From positions 96,001-160,000 of the IMG/VR virus record IMGVR_UViG_3300017917_003388: a DNA stretch of 64,000 nucleotides; one strand, 5' to 3'. A program made the translations under genes and the position numbers. Below are positions 30,426 to 41,297 of the stretch, piece by piece. The stretch is from a virus. Under the pieces are notes generated by a model. That model saw nothing but the letters and a program-made list of their open reading frames with translations. It made no database searches and was not told the origin of the DNA. The first letter of the stretch is position 1; every line of letters begins with the position of its first letter.

Positions 30426-31024
30426 TATTTATCTGATATTTCTTGTTTTGTTAATTTATAATCAACTCCAGATTCTAAACCAGCATTATTTAATATTTTT
30501 TTAAGAATAGGACCATCAATTAATTGAAACTTTAATGTAAAATCATCTATCTTAACAGGTTTTAATGTTGATTTTTTAGCAGTTTCTCCGCTAATCTTAT
30601 TATAATATTTCTCTACTAATTCTTTATTATATAAAGTTTTTTTAGGAAATATAAATAACATTTTACCATCTTTATCTTTATGTGTTTCTACTCCCTTTTT
30701 ATCAAATTTTTCCCCAGTTAATTCTTCTATTTTTGAATATAAAGTTTTTCCGTTTTCGTTATAAATATTAACATTAGTTTTAATAGTTGAAGCTATTCCT
30801 GGTCTATCACCAAATACTTTATTTTCTAAATCTTTTAATCCTGATGCTTCTTTGCTGAATATTTGTTTTAGATTTTCAGGGTTATTTAATATTTTAATAA
30901 AATCATCAGCATTGTAATCTTTTAATAATTGTAATATTAATTCATTTTGGGTTTGAAATTTCTTCAATCCACTTTCTTCTTCAGAATTTTCTTTTATTGT
31001 TAATTTATATTTAAATTTATTCAT
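30425..31024 (-). CDS. Hypothetical protein
   Basis: ORF track. Confidence 0.45.
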   Translation of the reverse strand: MNKFKYKLTIKENSEEESGLKKFQTQNELILQLLKDYNADDFIKILNNPENLKQIFSKEASGLKDLENKVFGDRPGIASTIKTNVNIYNENGKTLYSKIEELTGEKFDKKGVETHKDKDGKMLFIFPKKTLYNKELVEKYYNKISGETAKKSTLKPVKIDDFTLKFQLIDGPILKKILNNAGLESGVDYKLTKQEISDK

Positions 31025-31545
31025 AGTCCTAAATTTTTTAATTGTTTAATAGTATCACTAGCTGATGTATGGAGTATACCAATTCCTCCTCTACTGTTCC
31101 ACTCAATAATCGTATCATCTCTATCATCAATTAATATTCTATTTTTTTTAGAATAATTTTGTTTTTTATTTCTATCTGATAGTATCAATTGGTAATTACC
31201 TAAATTTTCTTTAACCCATAATCTTTTACCGTATCTTGAAGATGAGTGTTTCGAAGGAGCTGACAGTAATTTGGGGTTATATGTTTTTATATAATCCCAC
31301 AATTGTTTTCCATCTTTCATCCAAGGCATTTTAGACCAAAATTCATATCCTATTTTATTAATTAAATTCCAAAAATTTTCAGCTCCATGTTTAATTTCAT
31401 AAGCTTTAGGAGATATATTTCCATATTGTTCAAATCTAAAATCAAAATCACATAATACTCCATCCATATCACAAAATATATTATATTTAGTAATATTTAA
31501 ATTTTCATTTTTGATCTGATTATATAGATCTGTTAATTTATACAT
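31021..31545 (-). CDS. HAD-family 5'(3')-deoxyribonucleotidase
   Basis: CDMDGVLCDF, LSAP, GKRLWV, ILIDDR and W...GGIGILH motifs. Confidence 0.85.
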   Translation of the reverse strand: MYKLTDLYNQIKNENLNITKYNIFCDMDGVLCDFDFRFEQYGNISPKAYEIKHGAENFWNLINKIGYEFWSKMPWMKDGKQLWDYIKTYNPKLLSAPSKHSSSRYGKRLWVKENLGNYQLILSDRNKKQNYSKKNRILIDDRDDTIIEWNSRGGIGILHTSASDTIKQLKNLGL

Positions 31546-31551
31546 AGAATT

Positions 31552-32628
31552 TTATTTAATTGAATTTTCCCAACTTCTAAATAACATATTACCCTTTTCA
31601 TATGCTTCTCGTTCAAGTTCTGCTAAATATTCATCTTCATTTATATTTTGAGTAGATATGTTGTTTAATCTATCTTCGGTATCTTGTTTAAAATGAATCA
31701 TTTCATGTGAAAATGACCTAGTTATATCTTTAGGATGTCTTCCTAAAGTGTATAAAACAATACATTTATTATTGGGATCATAATATGCTGTTTTACCTAA
31801 AGGTTTAGATGCATTATCCTCATCATTATTTATAAATTTAATTTTAGGTAATGATTGTAATTCCAATTCCTTTTTTATAAATTTAGTTAAAGAATATATA
31901 TTATCTTTAATAGTAGATATATCAGGCTGGTATAATTTGTTTTCATTGATTTTTTCTTTAACTTCTAATATTTCTTCTTCATCGTATTTAGAGTATTGTT
32001 TTATAAAATCACTGAAAAGTATAGGTTTTTCTTTAAATAGTGTTTTAGATTTTAATTCAGGATACTCTTCTATTAAATCTTTAATATATGAAATATGTGA
32101 ATAACCTTTAGCTTTATCTAAAATAATATTTATATCTATTATATATTCGTTTAAATTTGGAATTGATGATTTAGTATATAACAAAATACGTTCTTCAGAT
32201 TCATCTTGAATATCTTTAGGAGCTACGTCAGTTGATGACATTTCTTGAGAAAAATAATAAAATGGAACTATTTTGTATTTATTAGATAATTTATTCCCAT
32301 CTAATGCTATTCTAATTGTATCTCCATTAATTGTTGTATTTTTTTTATATAAAAGTCGATTTCGAGTTGTAGAAACATAATATAGATATTTTATATCTTT
32401 ATTTTTTAATGAATTTAAATCTTTCCTAAATGATATTATTTCATCCGAATCTTGACTACCTGGTTTATCAGCATATTCTATTTCTACTTTAGATCCTTTT
32501 AATTCATTTTGACTTAAAATATTCCATATATTTATAGGACTCGTAAAATGATATAAAACACCTATATTTTTACCTTCATCTATTATAGGTGATATCATTT
32601 CTTGGGTTAATTTATTTATATCTATCAT
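31552..32628 (-). CDS. Putative ADP-ribosyltransferase-like domain fused to an HExxH metallopeptidase-like domain
   Basis: N-terminal half LYHFT...VSTTR...ESEERI; C-terminal half FSHEMIHFKQ...EREAY. Confidence 0.5.
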   Translation of the reverse strand: MIDINKLTQEMISPIIDEGKNIGVLYHFTSPINIWNILSQNELKGSKVEIEYADKPGSQDSDEIISFRKDLNSLKNKDIKYLYYVSTTRNRLLYKKNTTINGDTIRIALDGNKLSNKYKIVPFYYFSQEMSSTDVAPKDIQDESEERILLYTKSSIPNLNEYIIDINIILDKAKGYSHISYIKDLIEEYPELKSKTLFKEKPILFSDFIKQYSKYDEEEILEVKEKINENKLYQPDISTIKDNIYSLTKFIKKELELQSLPKIKFINNDEDNASKPLGKTAYYDPNNKCIVLYTLGRHPKDITRSFSHEMIHFKQDTEDRLNNISTQNINEDEYLAELEREAYEKGNMLFRSWENSIK

Positions 32629-32661
32629 TTATATTATAATTAAAATACATACATAAATATT

Positions 32662-33438
32662 TTATATATCTTTTCTTTTTATACTTGTTTTAAATGTTTC
32701 AAATGATGGGGAATGTAATGGATTATCAATTTCGAATAATCTTTTTATCATTTTAAATATTTCTATATTATTTTCATGGGTTCTAGTTGGTAAACACATT
32801 TCCCAACCTTTACCTTGAATTTTATCTTTTGATGGTTTTCTTTTAGATGATTTTAACCATAAAATGCCATATTTATCTATTTTTTTTCCATAACATTCAT
32901 AATAACACTGCCCATAAACTGATGTTTGTAACTCATATTGGGGTTGAATGTTATTTGATGTTTTTATATCAATTAACCATAGTTCACCATCTATTTCTAC
33001 TATTAAGTCACAAGTTCCTGCTACTTCTAAAGTATCTGAAAATAAATGGATTTCTGTTTCAATTAATTTGGGATTATATGTTTCCCAAAATTCTACAAAT
33101 TTTAAAAACATCTGCCATACATCTGGATTATATAATGGAATCCCCTTATTTGAAAAAAAATTCAATTCCTCCCCTTTTAAATATTTTTCTACTAACTCAT
33201 GAACTTGGGTTCCTTCTTCTGATGCTTTTTTTACTATATAGTCAGAAGCAAAACCTACTTGTTTTAACCAAGTTTCATATTGTTTTCCTTTAGGATAATA
33301 TGTTAAAACATATGTAACAGAAGGATAATATTTACCATTTCTCCTATAATATCTAGAATCAGGTAAAGTTATTTGCTCATAATCCTCTGATATTTCTAAT
33401 ATTCTATCATATGGATTATTATATTGTTTATCACTCAT
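32662..33438 (-). CDS. PD-(D/E)XK (Cas4/RecB-like) exonuclease
   Basis: YPSVT, GTQVHE, AGTCDLI, IDIKTS and LQTSVY motifs. Confidence 0.85.
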   Translation of the reverse strand: MSDKQYNNPYDRILEISEDYEQITLPDSRYYRRNGKYYPSVTYVLTYYPKGKQYETWLKQVGFASDYIVKKASEEGTQVHELVEKYLKGEELNFFSNKGIPLYNPDVWQMFLKFVEFWETYNPKLIETEIHLFSDTLEVAGTCDLIVEIDGELWLIDIKTSNNIQPQYELQTSVYGQCYYECYGKKIDKYGILWLKSSKRKPSKDKIQGKGWEMCLPTRTHENNIEIFKMIKRLFEIDNPLHSPSFETFKTSIKRKDI

Positions 33439-34376
33439 ATAATTTCAAATTTTTTCTCAAGTATATCTGAGAAAGTTAGGGGTAAAGTATTTTGGATATT
33501 TAATGTAAATTGTTTAAATCCTAATTCACTTGGATCTTTTTTATCAAAATCTACTAAATAAACTTCTTTACCTTCATTTATTAATATTTCACAATATTCT
33601 ATTGATTTTTTAATAGCTTTCTTATCTTTATCTAAAGCAATATATATTTTTTTAACTGATGAATTTATTATTTTTTTCATTAAGTTATGTTGAATATTAC
33701 TTCCTAATAATGGAATTGCGTTTCTTTTAATAGCTATAGCATCAAAAACTCCTTCACATAAAATTATAGGAACATCCCAATTTATAAATAATTCAAAAAA
33801 TATAATATCTCTAGGAATATCAGGAATAGAATATTTTATATTTGAATTGGGGTCAAAATTTCTAGCTACAAAAAAATTTAGATTTCCTTCATTATTGTAT
33901 GAAGGTATTATTATCATATTAGAATAAGGCCCATATTCACAATAACCTATATTATATTTAATAATATCATATTCAGATACATTTCTTTTCTTTAAATAAC
34001 TTAATGCTTTTCTAGCGATTAAAGTAGAGGGAGGATTTATTAAAGAAATAAATTCTTTAGGTAATAATACAAACTTATATTCTTCTTTGGATATTCCTGT
34101 ATTTTCATTTTTTACTCCTGTTATTTTTTTAAGTTGATTTATTTTATTCAAATCAACTTTTAATTTAGTAAACAGAGTTTTTAATTTTTTCCCCTTAAAT
34201 CCACATACCCAACATTGATATGATTGAAAATTGGGGGAATTTGAATTCAAATTTATTTCCAATTTTAGTTTATGGTGCCCACATTTAGGACAATGGTATG
34301 CTCTATTTCCTCTAGAAGTAGATTTTCCATTACCTAAAACTGAATCTAATAAATTTGTTAATTCAATATTATCCAT
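33435..34376 (-). CDS. DNA primase
   Basis: CPKC/CWVC zinc finger, YLKKR, IIIPSY, ILCEGVFDAI and IALDKD (TOPRIM). Confidence 0.9.
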   Translation of the reverse strand: MDNIELTNLLDSVLGNGKSTSRGNRAYHCPKCGHHKLKLEINLNSNSPNFQSYQCWVCGFKGKKLKTLFTKLKVDLNKINQLKKITGVKNENTGISKEEYKFVLLPKEFISLINPPSTLIARKALSYLKKRNVSEYDIIKYNIGYCEYGPYSNMIIIPSYNNEGNLNFFVARNFDPNSNIKYSIPDIPRDIIFFELFINWDVPIILCEGVFDAIAIKRNAIPLLGSNIQHNLMKKIINSSVKKIYIALDKDKKAIKKSIEYCEILINEGKEVYLVDFDKKDPSELGFKQFTLNIQNTLPLTFSDILEKKFEII

Positions 34377-34429
34377 TAATTTTTATCTAAATTATTGTAA
34401 ATATAATAATAAAAATTTGGATATTCAAA

Positions 34430-34876
34430 TTATATTATAAAATCTTGAGTAAAAAAACGACCTTGAATGTTATCATTTATCCATTCTTCTGGATTTTCTA
34501 TGGAGCCATAAGTAAATAAATATTTACATTCATAGTATGTTAATAATTTTTTATTATATACTATATGTAATATTTCCCTAATGAACTCAGATTGTTTACC
34601 TTGTTTGATTAAATCAGTAATGTATTTTGCTGATCCATAATATTTTTTCCAATCTGATTCTTTTTGAATAACTCTGGTTATAGTTTTTCGACCAGGACCT
34701 ATTTGTTGTGATATTTCCTTTTTTGTAAGTTTTTTCTTTACATTATGGAATAATGATTTTTTCCCTATATATTTTTTTCCAGTAGGAATATGAGTTGTGA
34801 TATATATAAAACCAAAAGGTATATTATCACCAAAATCTTCTATATTTTCTATTTTTTTATCTTTATAAAACCACAT
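34430..34876 (-). CDS. Seg-like GIY-YIG nuclease
   Basis: GFIYITT..TGKKYIGKK, SDWKKYYGS, FIREIL and NDNI motifs. Confidence 0.75.
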   Translation of the reverse strand: MWFYKDKKIENIEDFGDNIPFGFIYITTHIPTGKKYIGKKSLFHNVKKKLTKKEISQQIGPGRKTITRVIQKESDWKKYYGSAKYITDLIKQGKQSEFIREILHIVYNKKLLTYYECKYLFTYGSIENPEEWINDNIQGRFFTQDFII

Positions 34877-35788
34877 TTATCTATCTATATTTATTATTAT
34901 TGTAGTATCAGTTGTAGGAGAAGATGGTAAGGGTTGAGCTAATTTACCTACAGCTAATAAATTTTGATTTTCATCATATAACCCAACAGTAGTTATATAT
35001 GGAGAAAAATATGATTCAGTAACAAATCCATAAGGTATACCCTCTGTACTACCCGAAATAAGACTTGGATTTAATGAAAAATTAAATTCATTTTCACGAA
35101 TAGTACATTTATATTGGCTTTCATGTATAGTATATGAACTATTAAATGAACATGTAATATTAGATGAAGTAATAAAATTCAATATAAAATCATCAGAACC
35201 AGATGTTATAGTTACTAATCCATGAGGGTAAAATATATTACCTATTATACTACTACCAGATAATAATATATTACCTTCTCCATCATCATATATACTACCG
35301 CTATCACATGTATATCTAAAAGAATTAGGTTTAATATAATCTCCTATTAATTTAGTTGGAATAGATATTATTCCAATATACGCATCAGAAGATGTAGGAA
35401 AAAATTTAGGATAAGTTAAACTAGATTGAGAATAATTATAATATTGAGGATTCTGAGTTGAGCCTATATATCTATCCCCAGCATTGTCTCTACCAGGGAT
35501 TAATATTGGTAAATTAACATTATCTCCATAACTAGAACTTAAATAATTAGAATAATATAAAACTTTTATAGAATTATATATTAATCTCTGATATTGTTGA
35601 TAATCATTTCCAGTTTTGGGATCAATGTCTGGATCAAATATATTATAATCTATATTTCTACCTAATAATCTATCTATACCAACATTAGATGAAGTTAAAG
35701 ATGTTATTCCTTCAAAATAAAAATCTTTACTTACTTCTAATGGGGTTAAAATAACATCTGAGGTTAATAGTTGTTTATATGCACCCAT
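34877..35788 (-). CDS. Tail/baseplate structural protein
   Basis: C-terminal YITTVGLYDENQNLLAVGKLAQP; paralogous to the C-terminus of 36682..37704. Confidence 0.6.
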   Translation of the reverse strand: MGAYKQLLTSDVILTPLEVSKDFYFEGITSLTSSNVGIDRLLGRNIDYNIFDPDIDPKTGNDYQQYQRLIYNSIKVLYYSNYLSSSYGDNVNLPILIPGRDNAGDRYIGSTQNPQYYNYSQSSLTYPKFFPTSSDAYIGIISIPTKLIGDYIKPNSFRYTCDSGSIYDDGEGNILLSGSSIIGNIFYPHGLVTITSGSDDFILNFITSSNITCSFNSSYTIHESQYKCTIRENEFNFSLNPSLISGSTEGIPYGFVTESYFSPYITTVGLYDENQNLLAVGKLAQPLPSSPTTDTTIIINIDR

Positions 35789-36638
35789 TTATTTTTTCTA
35801 ATATTATATCTGGTTTATTGTAAATATTACTTTCCCATATTCTTATTAATTTAAATCCATTATCTTTGGCTAATTGGTTTTTAAATAAATCATTTTGTTT
35901 TACTTCATCCAGTTTATAAAAATGTTTTTCTAAACTAGACCCACCATGCCAATAGTCACCATCTATTTCTATTCAAATATTAGTATCTTTAATTCTAAAA
36001 TCATATGATTTACATATACCTTCTTTATTTTTGATAAAAAATTGAAAATGATATTTTATATTATTTTTATCTAATATGGAAGATACAAATTTTTCCAATT
36101 TATTCATTGGTCTTTTAGCGAAAATTTTTTCTATAGTTTTAAAAGTATGTGGATTGTTTTTAGTCCAGGGTTCATTTCCTTTAGCATAATATTCTTTTCT
36201 ACTTTCAGACATTATTCTTTTAGATTCTTCCGAATGAGAATGATTTAGAAAATATTGTTTTCCTTTTTGTTTTTCTCTTAATTTATTTTTTATATAGTCT
36301 GAGTGTTTATGTCCTTTAAAAGGACCGGGTTTTCCTTTTTGAGTCTTACTTAGTTTATTTCTATGATCTTCAGACATAAATCCTTTTGGTTTTGGTTTAC
36401 CTTTATGACCGTGTTCTAATTTAGATCTACATTCTTTTGAACATGTTTTATATTTATAAACTATATTATTTTTACATATTTCACATGGTTTATGTAAAGG
36501 TAAAGTAGACCAATATGTTTGTATATATTGATTTATTGTTGTATCTTTATGTTGAGAAATAAGATGTCTTTTAATTCTACCAAAAGACATCTCTTGTTGA
36601 CATATTTGACAGATTACTAAATCACAATTTCCTTTCAT
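35775..36638 (-). pseudogene. NUMOD3 plus Vsr/DUF559-like homing endonuclease with one in-frame TGA at 35973-35975
   Basis: ...YDFRIKDTNI*IEIDGDYWHG...NDLFKNQLAKDNGFKLIRIWES... continues in frame to TAA at 35775-35777. Confidence 0.85.
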
Positions 36639-36681
36639 ATAATTATTTATTATAAATATATAAAATTTACTAACCCCAAAC

Positions 36682-37704
36682 TCAAAAGTCTATTTTCACA
36701 CGCACTAATGCTTCTTTAGTAAAATCTTTTAATAAAGGTCTAGATAATTTAGCTACAGCTAATAATTCGTTGTTATCGTTATATAAACCAATAGTAGTAG
36801 GATAAGTTTGAGGATTATTTATAAAAGAACTATATACTAATTCTCCTGTACTTCCTGAAATAAAGCTTGGGTTTTCAGTATAATTAAATTCGGCATTTTT
36901 TGCTCTAATAAAAATATAATCTGAGGATATAGTTTCTTGACTATTTAATCTAAAAGATTGAGCTCCTTTTATTGCGTTATATAATGTTTGATAATTTAAA
37001 CCATCAGAATTAGATGATCTATTAGGAACTAAACCTATAGATTGGGATAAAGCTAATGGGTTTAATAATATTGTTCCTATATCTGGGAGTAAATATCCAT
37101 ATGATCCTGAAGATGGACTGTATCCTGTTGATGAATCAACACCTGATCCAAAATATCCAGTTCCTGCAGATCCACTAATTAATTGATATACTCTACCAGC
37201 ATCATTAAATACTATTGATGACACATATTGGCTATTATCAGTTAATGATATTGTTCCTGATGAGCCTGATAATAATAATGTCATTGAACCTGGAAATAAA
37301 GATTGTTTATATCTTGTTCTGTCTAAGGATATAACCCAAAAATCTGATGATGTTACATTACCAAATATAAATTCACTATTTTCATCACCTAAAATTAGAG
37401 TTCTATATTGACCATATGTACTTCGAGTTGGTGAAGCTCCAGCTACCGCATTGTTATACCAACTACTACCACTTCCTTGCTTATTACCGTATGCTATCGC
37501 AAATTGGATTTCAGCATCGTCAGCTGATGAAGGATCAGATTGGTATATATTGTAATAAAAATCTCCTGATGAACCTGCAACTTGCACAGATGATGTGTAA
37601 AAAGTTGTTAGTTCTGGGGTATTTCCAGTCCATATTGTTGCTGTGATTGAATCTGAACTTACAACGAAATCTTCTGGGTTTAATCTTATGAATGTTCCTG
37701 CCAT
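36682..37704 (-). CDS. Tail/baseplate structural protein
   Basis: EFNYTENPS and TYPTTIGLYNDNNELLAVAKLSRP motifs. Confidence 0.6.
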   Translation of the reverse strand: MAGTFIRLNPEDFVVSSDSITATIWTGNTPELTTFYTSSVQVAGSSGDFYYNIYQSDPSSADDAEIQFAIAYGNKQGSGSSWYNNAVAGASPTRSTYGQYRTLILGDENSEFIFGNVTSSDFWVISLDRTRYKQSLFPGSMTLLLSGSSGTISLTDNSQYVSSIVFNDAGRVYQLISGSAGTGYFGSGVDSSTGYSPSSGSYGYLLPDIGTILLNPLALSQSIGLVPNRSSNSDGLNYQTLYNAIKGAQSFRLNSQETISSDYIFIRAKNAEFNYTENPSFISGSTGELVYSSFINNPQTYPTTIGLYNDNNELLAVAKLSRPLLKDFTKEALVRVKIDF

Positions 37705-37713
37705 GTTTTATAT

Positions 37714-38367
37714 TTATGATATTTTTGTAACTGTTATTGGAATTGTTAATCTAGCACCACTATCTCTACCTTCTACAGTTAATGTTGCTTGAAGTTGGTT
37801 ATTAGAACCGAATAATGTGTTTACTGTTGTTGCTCTTATATTCAATGTAGTTCCAACTACTGTTTTAGATACGTCTGTTCCTAAAGTAGTAGATGAATTT
37901 AATGCTTGAACTGATGGAGTATTAATTCCTACTCCTTCAAAAGTCCCCATTAATCTAACATCAGATATTGTAAAAGTATAACCAGATGTTTCGAATGTAT
38001 TACCTCCAAAATAATTAAGGGTTTGAGGAGTAATAGCTAATGAAGCCCCTTGTTTTATTACTATTGATGTATATCCTAAATCTAAGATAGGCATTTTAGC
38101 TGTTCCTCTTGGTAAAGTAACTAATTTATATTTCATTATTTGAGTTTCCAAAGGAAATGCTTCTAAAAGAGGCATATTTAATATGGCTTCACCATAATAT
38201 GATGAACCAGATGGATGATTTGGATTATACATAGTATAATCTATTTCATCATCAGATAAAGCAAATTGAGTAATTCTAAATGAACCATCATTTTTAGCTA
38301 ACAATTGTCTTCCTTTATTTGTTAGTATTGCATCTACTGTAATTACTTGGTTTGAAAGATATCCCAT
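37714..38367 (-). CDS. Tail/baseplate structural protein
   Basis: AILTNKGRQLLA...ITQFALSDDE resembles the N-terminus of tail-collar/fibre attachment domains. Confidence 0.6.
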   Translation of the reverse strand: MGYLSNQVITVDAILTNKGRQLLAKNDGSFRITQFALSDDEIDYTMYNPNHPSGSSYYGEAILNMPLLEAFPLETQIMKYKLVTLPRGTAKMPILDLGYTSIVIKQGASLAITPQTLNYFGGNTFETSGYTFTISDVRLMGTFEGVGINTPSVQALNSSTTLGTDVSKTVVGTTLNIRATTVNTLFGSNNQLQATLTVEGRDSGARLTIPITVTKIS

Positions 38368-38432
38368 TTTTTTAATTTTAATTATAAATATTTTGTTTTT
38401 ATAAAATTATAGTATAATATAATAAATTTATT

Positions 38433-41273
38433 TTAAATTATCCCTTTTTCTTTAAGATTAAATACTATTTTATTAAAATTGTTTTTAATATTATTATTAA
38501 CATATTCAGGAATTAGGAATCCATTACCTCCGTTATATCCATATAAATCCCAATCTAATGTTACAAAATTAGGATGGGGGTGATATCTACGAATTAAAAA
38601 TGAATTTATTTCTGTACCATCTATTATATTTTTATCTAAGGTTAAGTATAAAGTTTGATTAGATGTATCATTAAATACATTATGTATAACATATGTTTGA
38701 AATTCATCACCTTCAAATCTAATTTGATCACCTATTTTCAATTCAAAAGGTAAAAAATCAAAATATCCCGAACCAGAGTAATTAATTTGAGTTAAAGGAT
38801 TAGTAGAATTATATAATGAACCAAATTGTGAACCTGTTAATATATTTTTAGATGATGAACCTGTTATCCAATATTTATCAGAACCACCATATGATGCTGA
38901 TGAAACTATAGCAGGAGGATTTTGGATTACGGTACATTTACTTATTTGAGTACTACCATTATTTTTTATTCTTAAATTATAATACCCAGATGGATTGTAT
39001 ACTTTAATATAATATTTATCTCCATTAATTGTTTGATTAAAAGGAGATGTTATATTAATATTGTTAGATAGACCATATGTTACTGGAAATTGGTTTGTGT
39101 ATATTGTTTCTTCGATTCCTCCTGATTCTTTAATTATAGATATTGTAATATTATATGAGCTATATGGTGGATTAATTCCTGATATAATTAATGATGTTAA
39201 TAAATTTAATTGTATTGCTACTTGAGTTAAATTAGAAGTATTATTTATTGTAATTACATCATCTACTAATAAAGGTGAATTTAAATCTGATAACGACGTA
39301 TTATTTATTATAATTGGAGTGTTTTCAAATTGTATTACTTCTTCAGAAGCATTATTTATAACTAAATATCCTGAGCCTTCATCTTTGGTACTAAATACTG
39401 AATAATAATTAGGGATAGAAGCATTTGAATTACCAAAATACATTTTGGATTGTATATTTTCTTCACTACCTGTTTGAGATGCTATTATCCCCCATGGGAT
39501 AACCCCAGATTGCAGTATATATTTACTTCCTAAATTAGAAGTAGTACCACTTTCTCCATTTAATATTATGTTGGTTTTTTCACCAGATGTAAATGTATTT
39601 ATTAAGTTATAATAATATGAACTAGATATATTAGGGACCAACACATCTCCATCTTCATTTATTAAATATAGAATATGAGCTGCAGATTTATCTTTAAACT
39701 CAGGTGTTGTTCCTCCTAACCAATCAAAATAAGCAAAATAAGTATTCATATTATTTACTACTGATTCATTTGATGGAATACCTAAATTTATATTCTCAGA
39801 ATTTGATATACCTATAACATTATTACTTGATGATATGTTTATATTATCTGATGAATTTCTAACTCCAACATATCTAGGGAGAATTTGAGCTCTAGATGTA
39901 TAATTTGAAGGATTTACAGGAGCTATTTCTGCTAAACCTGATATTATCTGTTGTTGGTTAGTAGGAATCAGTTGACCACTATCATAATTAACTTTAAAGA
40001 ATTTAGAATCATATTCAAGATTGGTAGCATTGTTTAGTAATGAATTACAATCACTATATTCAAAATTACCTAAAACAAAAGGTTCAGGTAATACTGGATT
40101 TACATATACTCCCTGAGGGTCAATAGATTGGGTAATGTCCCAATTAAACCTATCTATTGTCAGTTCATGATCTATAGCATAGAAATATGCTCTATATTGA
40201 TTATTTTCGAGCATAGGAACTGAAGATGTATATTCATAATATATTGGGGTATTACTAGTAACAAAAGATTCACTAATCAATGTACTACCATTCGATATAT
40301 CTTTAATATAAAAAATAGCGGTACCTGTAGAACCTGTTACTAAACCTATAAATGAAGCAGTATGTATTAAATTTATATTGGGTGTATTGGGGACAACATA
40401 TATACCACTAGATGAATTAAAAGCATCTAATGAATCAACAGCTACTGAATAGTTAGTTATTGGGGTAATAGTATTACTTAATATTTTTCTTAACCCAACT
40501 GATACATCTAATCTATAATCCAATATATTATTATCAGATGTAGTTGAAGGAAATAAAGTATTAGGTATTATAAAATATAAATAATAATCTGGATATTCGG
40601 TTATTGACTGTATGTTAAATTCTTTAACTCCTATGTCTGAAAATATTATTCTTAATTTATCTATGTTTGATAAATATGATGAATTATCATTACTGTTTAC
40701 ATCTGATTTATTTATTTTTATATATTTAACACTTCTAGAATATTCAGGGGATGGAAATATAGATATTTGTTCATATACATTTAATATATAAATTTCTCCT
40801 TCATTTGGTGTGGTATTATTATTAAGAAAATTATTTACCCATTCTAATCCTATATCTCCAGCAAGTGTTGGTAATGGGATTAAAGGAGTAGAATATAGAA
40901 AAATGTTATATTCAAAAGATGAAGTAGGTGAATTTAATAAAGAAACACAATCATCACATGTTATATTTTGAGTAGAAATTTGAATTTGAGAACCGCTATA
41001 TTCCCCATTTATGAATTCATCTTCATTATCATGAATAAAAACAACTTTCCCAGATATTGAATCTACAGAACCTGACCATGATTGGGTTATATTGGAAAAT
41101 AAATTATCAGTATATATTTTTCCATCAAAATTAGGTAATGTACCTCCATTTCCAGCTTGTATATGTTCTATTGGAAAAGATTCATTATCATTCGATGAAA
41201 TATATATTTTCTGCCCATGTGATTGTGTAGGAAAACTATTTATTGAACCTGTTATTAATATGTTTTTAGTCAT
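38433..41273 (-). CDS. Large virion structural protein (baseplate region)
   Basis: Beta-rich Ser/Thr/Asn/Ile composition; located in the baseplate cluster. Confidence 0.55.
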   Translation of the reverse strand: MTKNILITGSINSFPTQSHGQKIYISSNDNESFPIEHIQAGNGGTLPNFDGKIYTDNLFSNITQSWSGSVDSISGKVVFIHDNEDEFINGEYSGSQIQISTQNITCDDCVSLLNSPTSSFEYNIFLYSTPLIPLPTLAGDIGLEWVNNFLNNNTTPNEGEIYILNVYEQISIFPSPEYSRSVKYIKINKSDVNSNDNSSYLSNIDKLRIIFSDIGVKEFNIQSITEYPDYYLYFIIPNTLFPSTTSDNNILDYRLDVSVGLRKILSNTITPITNYSVAVDSLDAFNSSSGIYVVPNTPNINLIHTASFIGLVTGSTGTAIFYIKDISNGSTLISESFVTSNTPIYYEYTSSVPMLENNQYRAYFYAIDHELTIDRFNWDITQSIDPQGVYVNPVLPEPFVLGNFEYSDCNSLLNNATNLEYDSKFFKVNYDSGQLIPTNQQQIISGLAEIAPVNPSNYTSRAQILPRYVGVRNSSDNINISSSNNVIGISNSENINLGIPSNESVVNNMNTYFAYFDWLGGTTPEFKDKSAAHILYLINEDGDVLVPNISSSYYYNLINTFTSGEKTNIILNGESGTTSNLGSKYILQSGVIPWGIIASQTGSEENIQSKMYFGNSNASIPNYYSVFSTKDEGSGYLVINNASEEVIQFENTPIIINNTSLSDLNSPLLVDDVITINNTSNLTQVAIQLNLLTSLIISGINPPYSSYNITISIIKESGGIEETIYTNQFPVTYGLSNNINITSPFNQTINGDKYYIKVYNPSGYYNLRIKNNGSTQISKCTVIQNPPAIVSSASYGGSDKYWITGSSSKNILTGSQFGSLYNSTNPLTQINYSGSGYFDFLPFELKIGDQIRFEGDEFQTYVIHNVFNDTSNQTLYLTLDKNIIDGTEINSFLIRRYHPHPNFVTLDWDLYGYNGGNGFLIPEYVNNNIKNNFNKIVFNLKEKGII

Positions 41274-41297
41274 TTAATATTTTATTTAATAGATTTA

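Noticed and set aside
32662-33438. Cas4 as part of a CRISPR-Cas system
   Set aside because: A stand-alone phage PD-(D/E)XK exonuclease beside primase, with no other cas genes or array.
35973-35975. Genome-wide stop-codon reassignment (TGA or TAG)
   Set aside because: Core genes are intact in the standard code, TGA and TAG end normal genes, and no suppressor tRNA is present.
4967-36638. Group I introns or inteins around the homing endonucleases or in terminase, portal or primase
   Set aside because: The endonuclease ORFs lie between complete genes, the core proteins are of normal length, and I saw no intein or intron core motifs.
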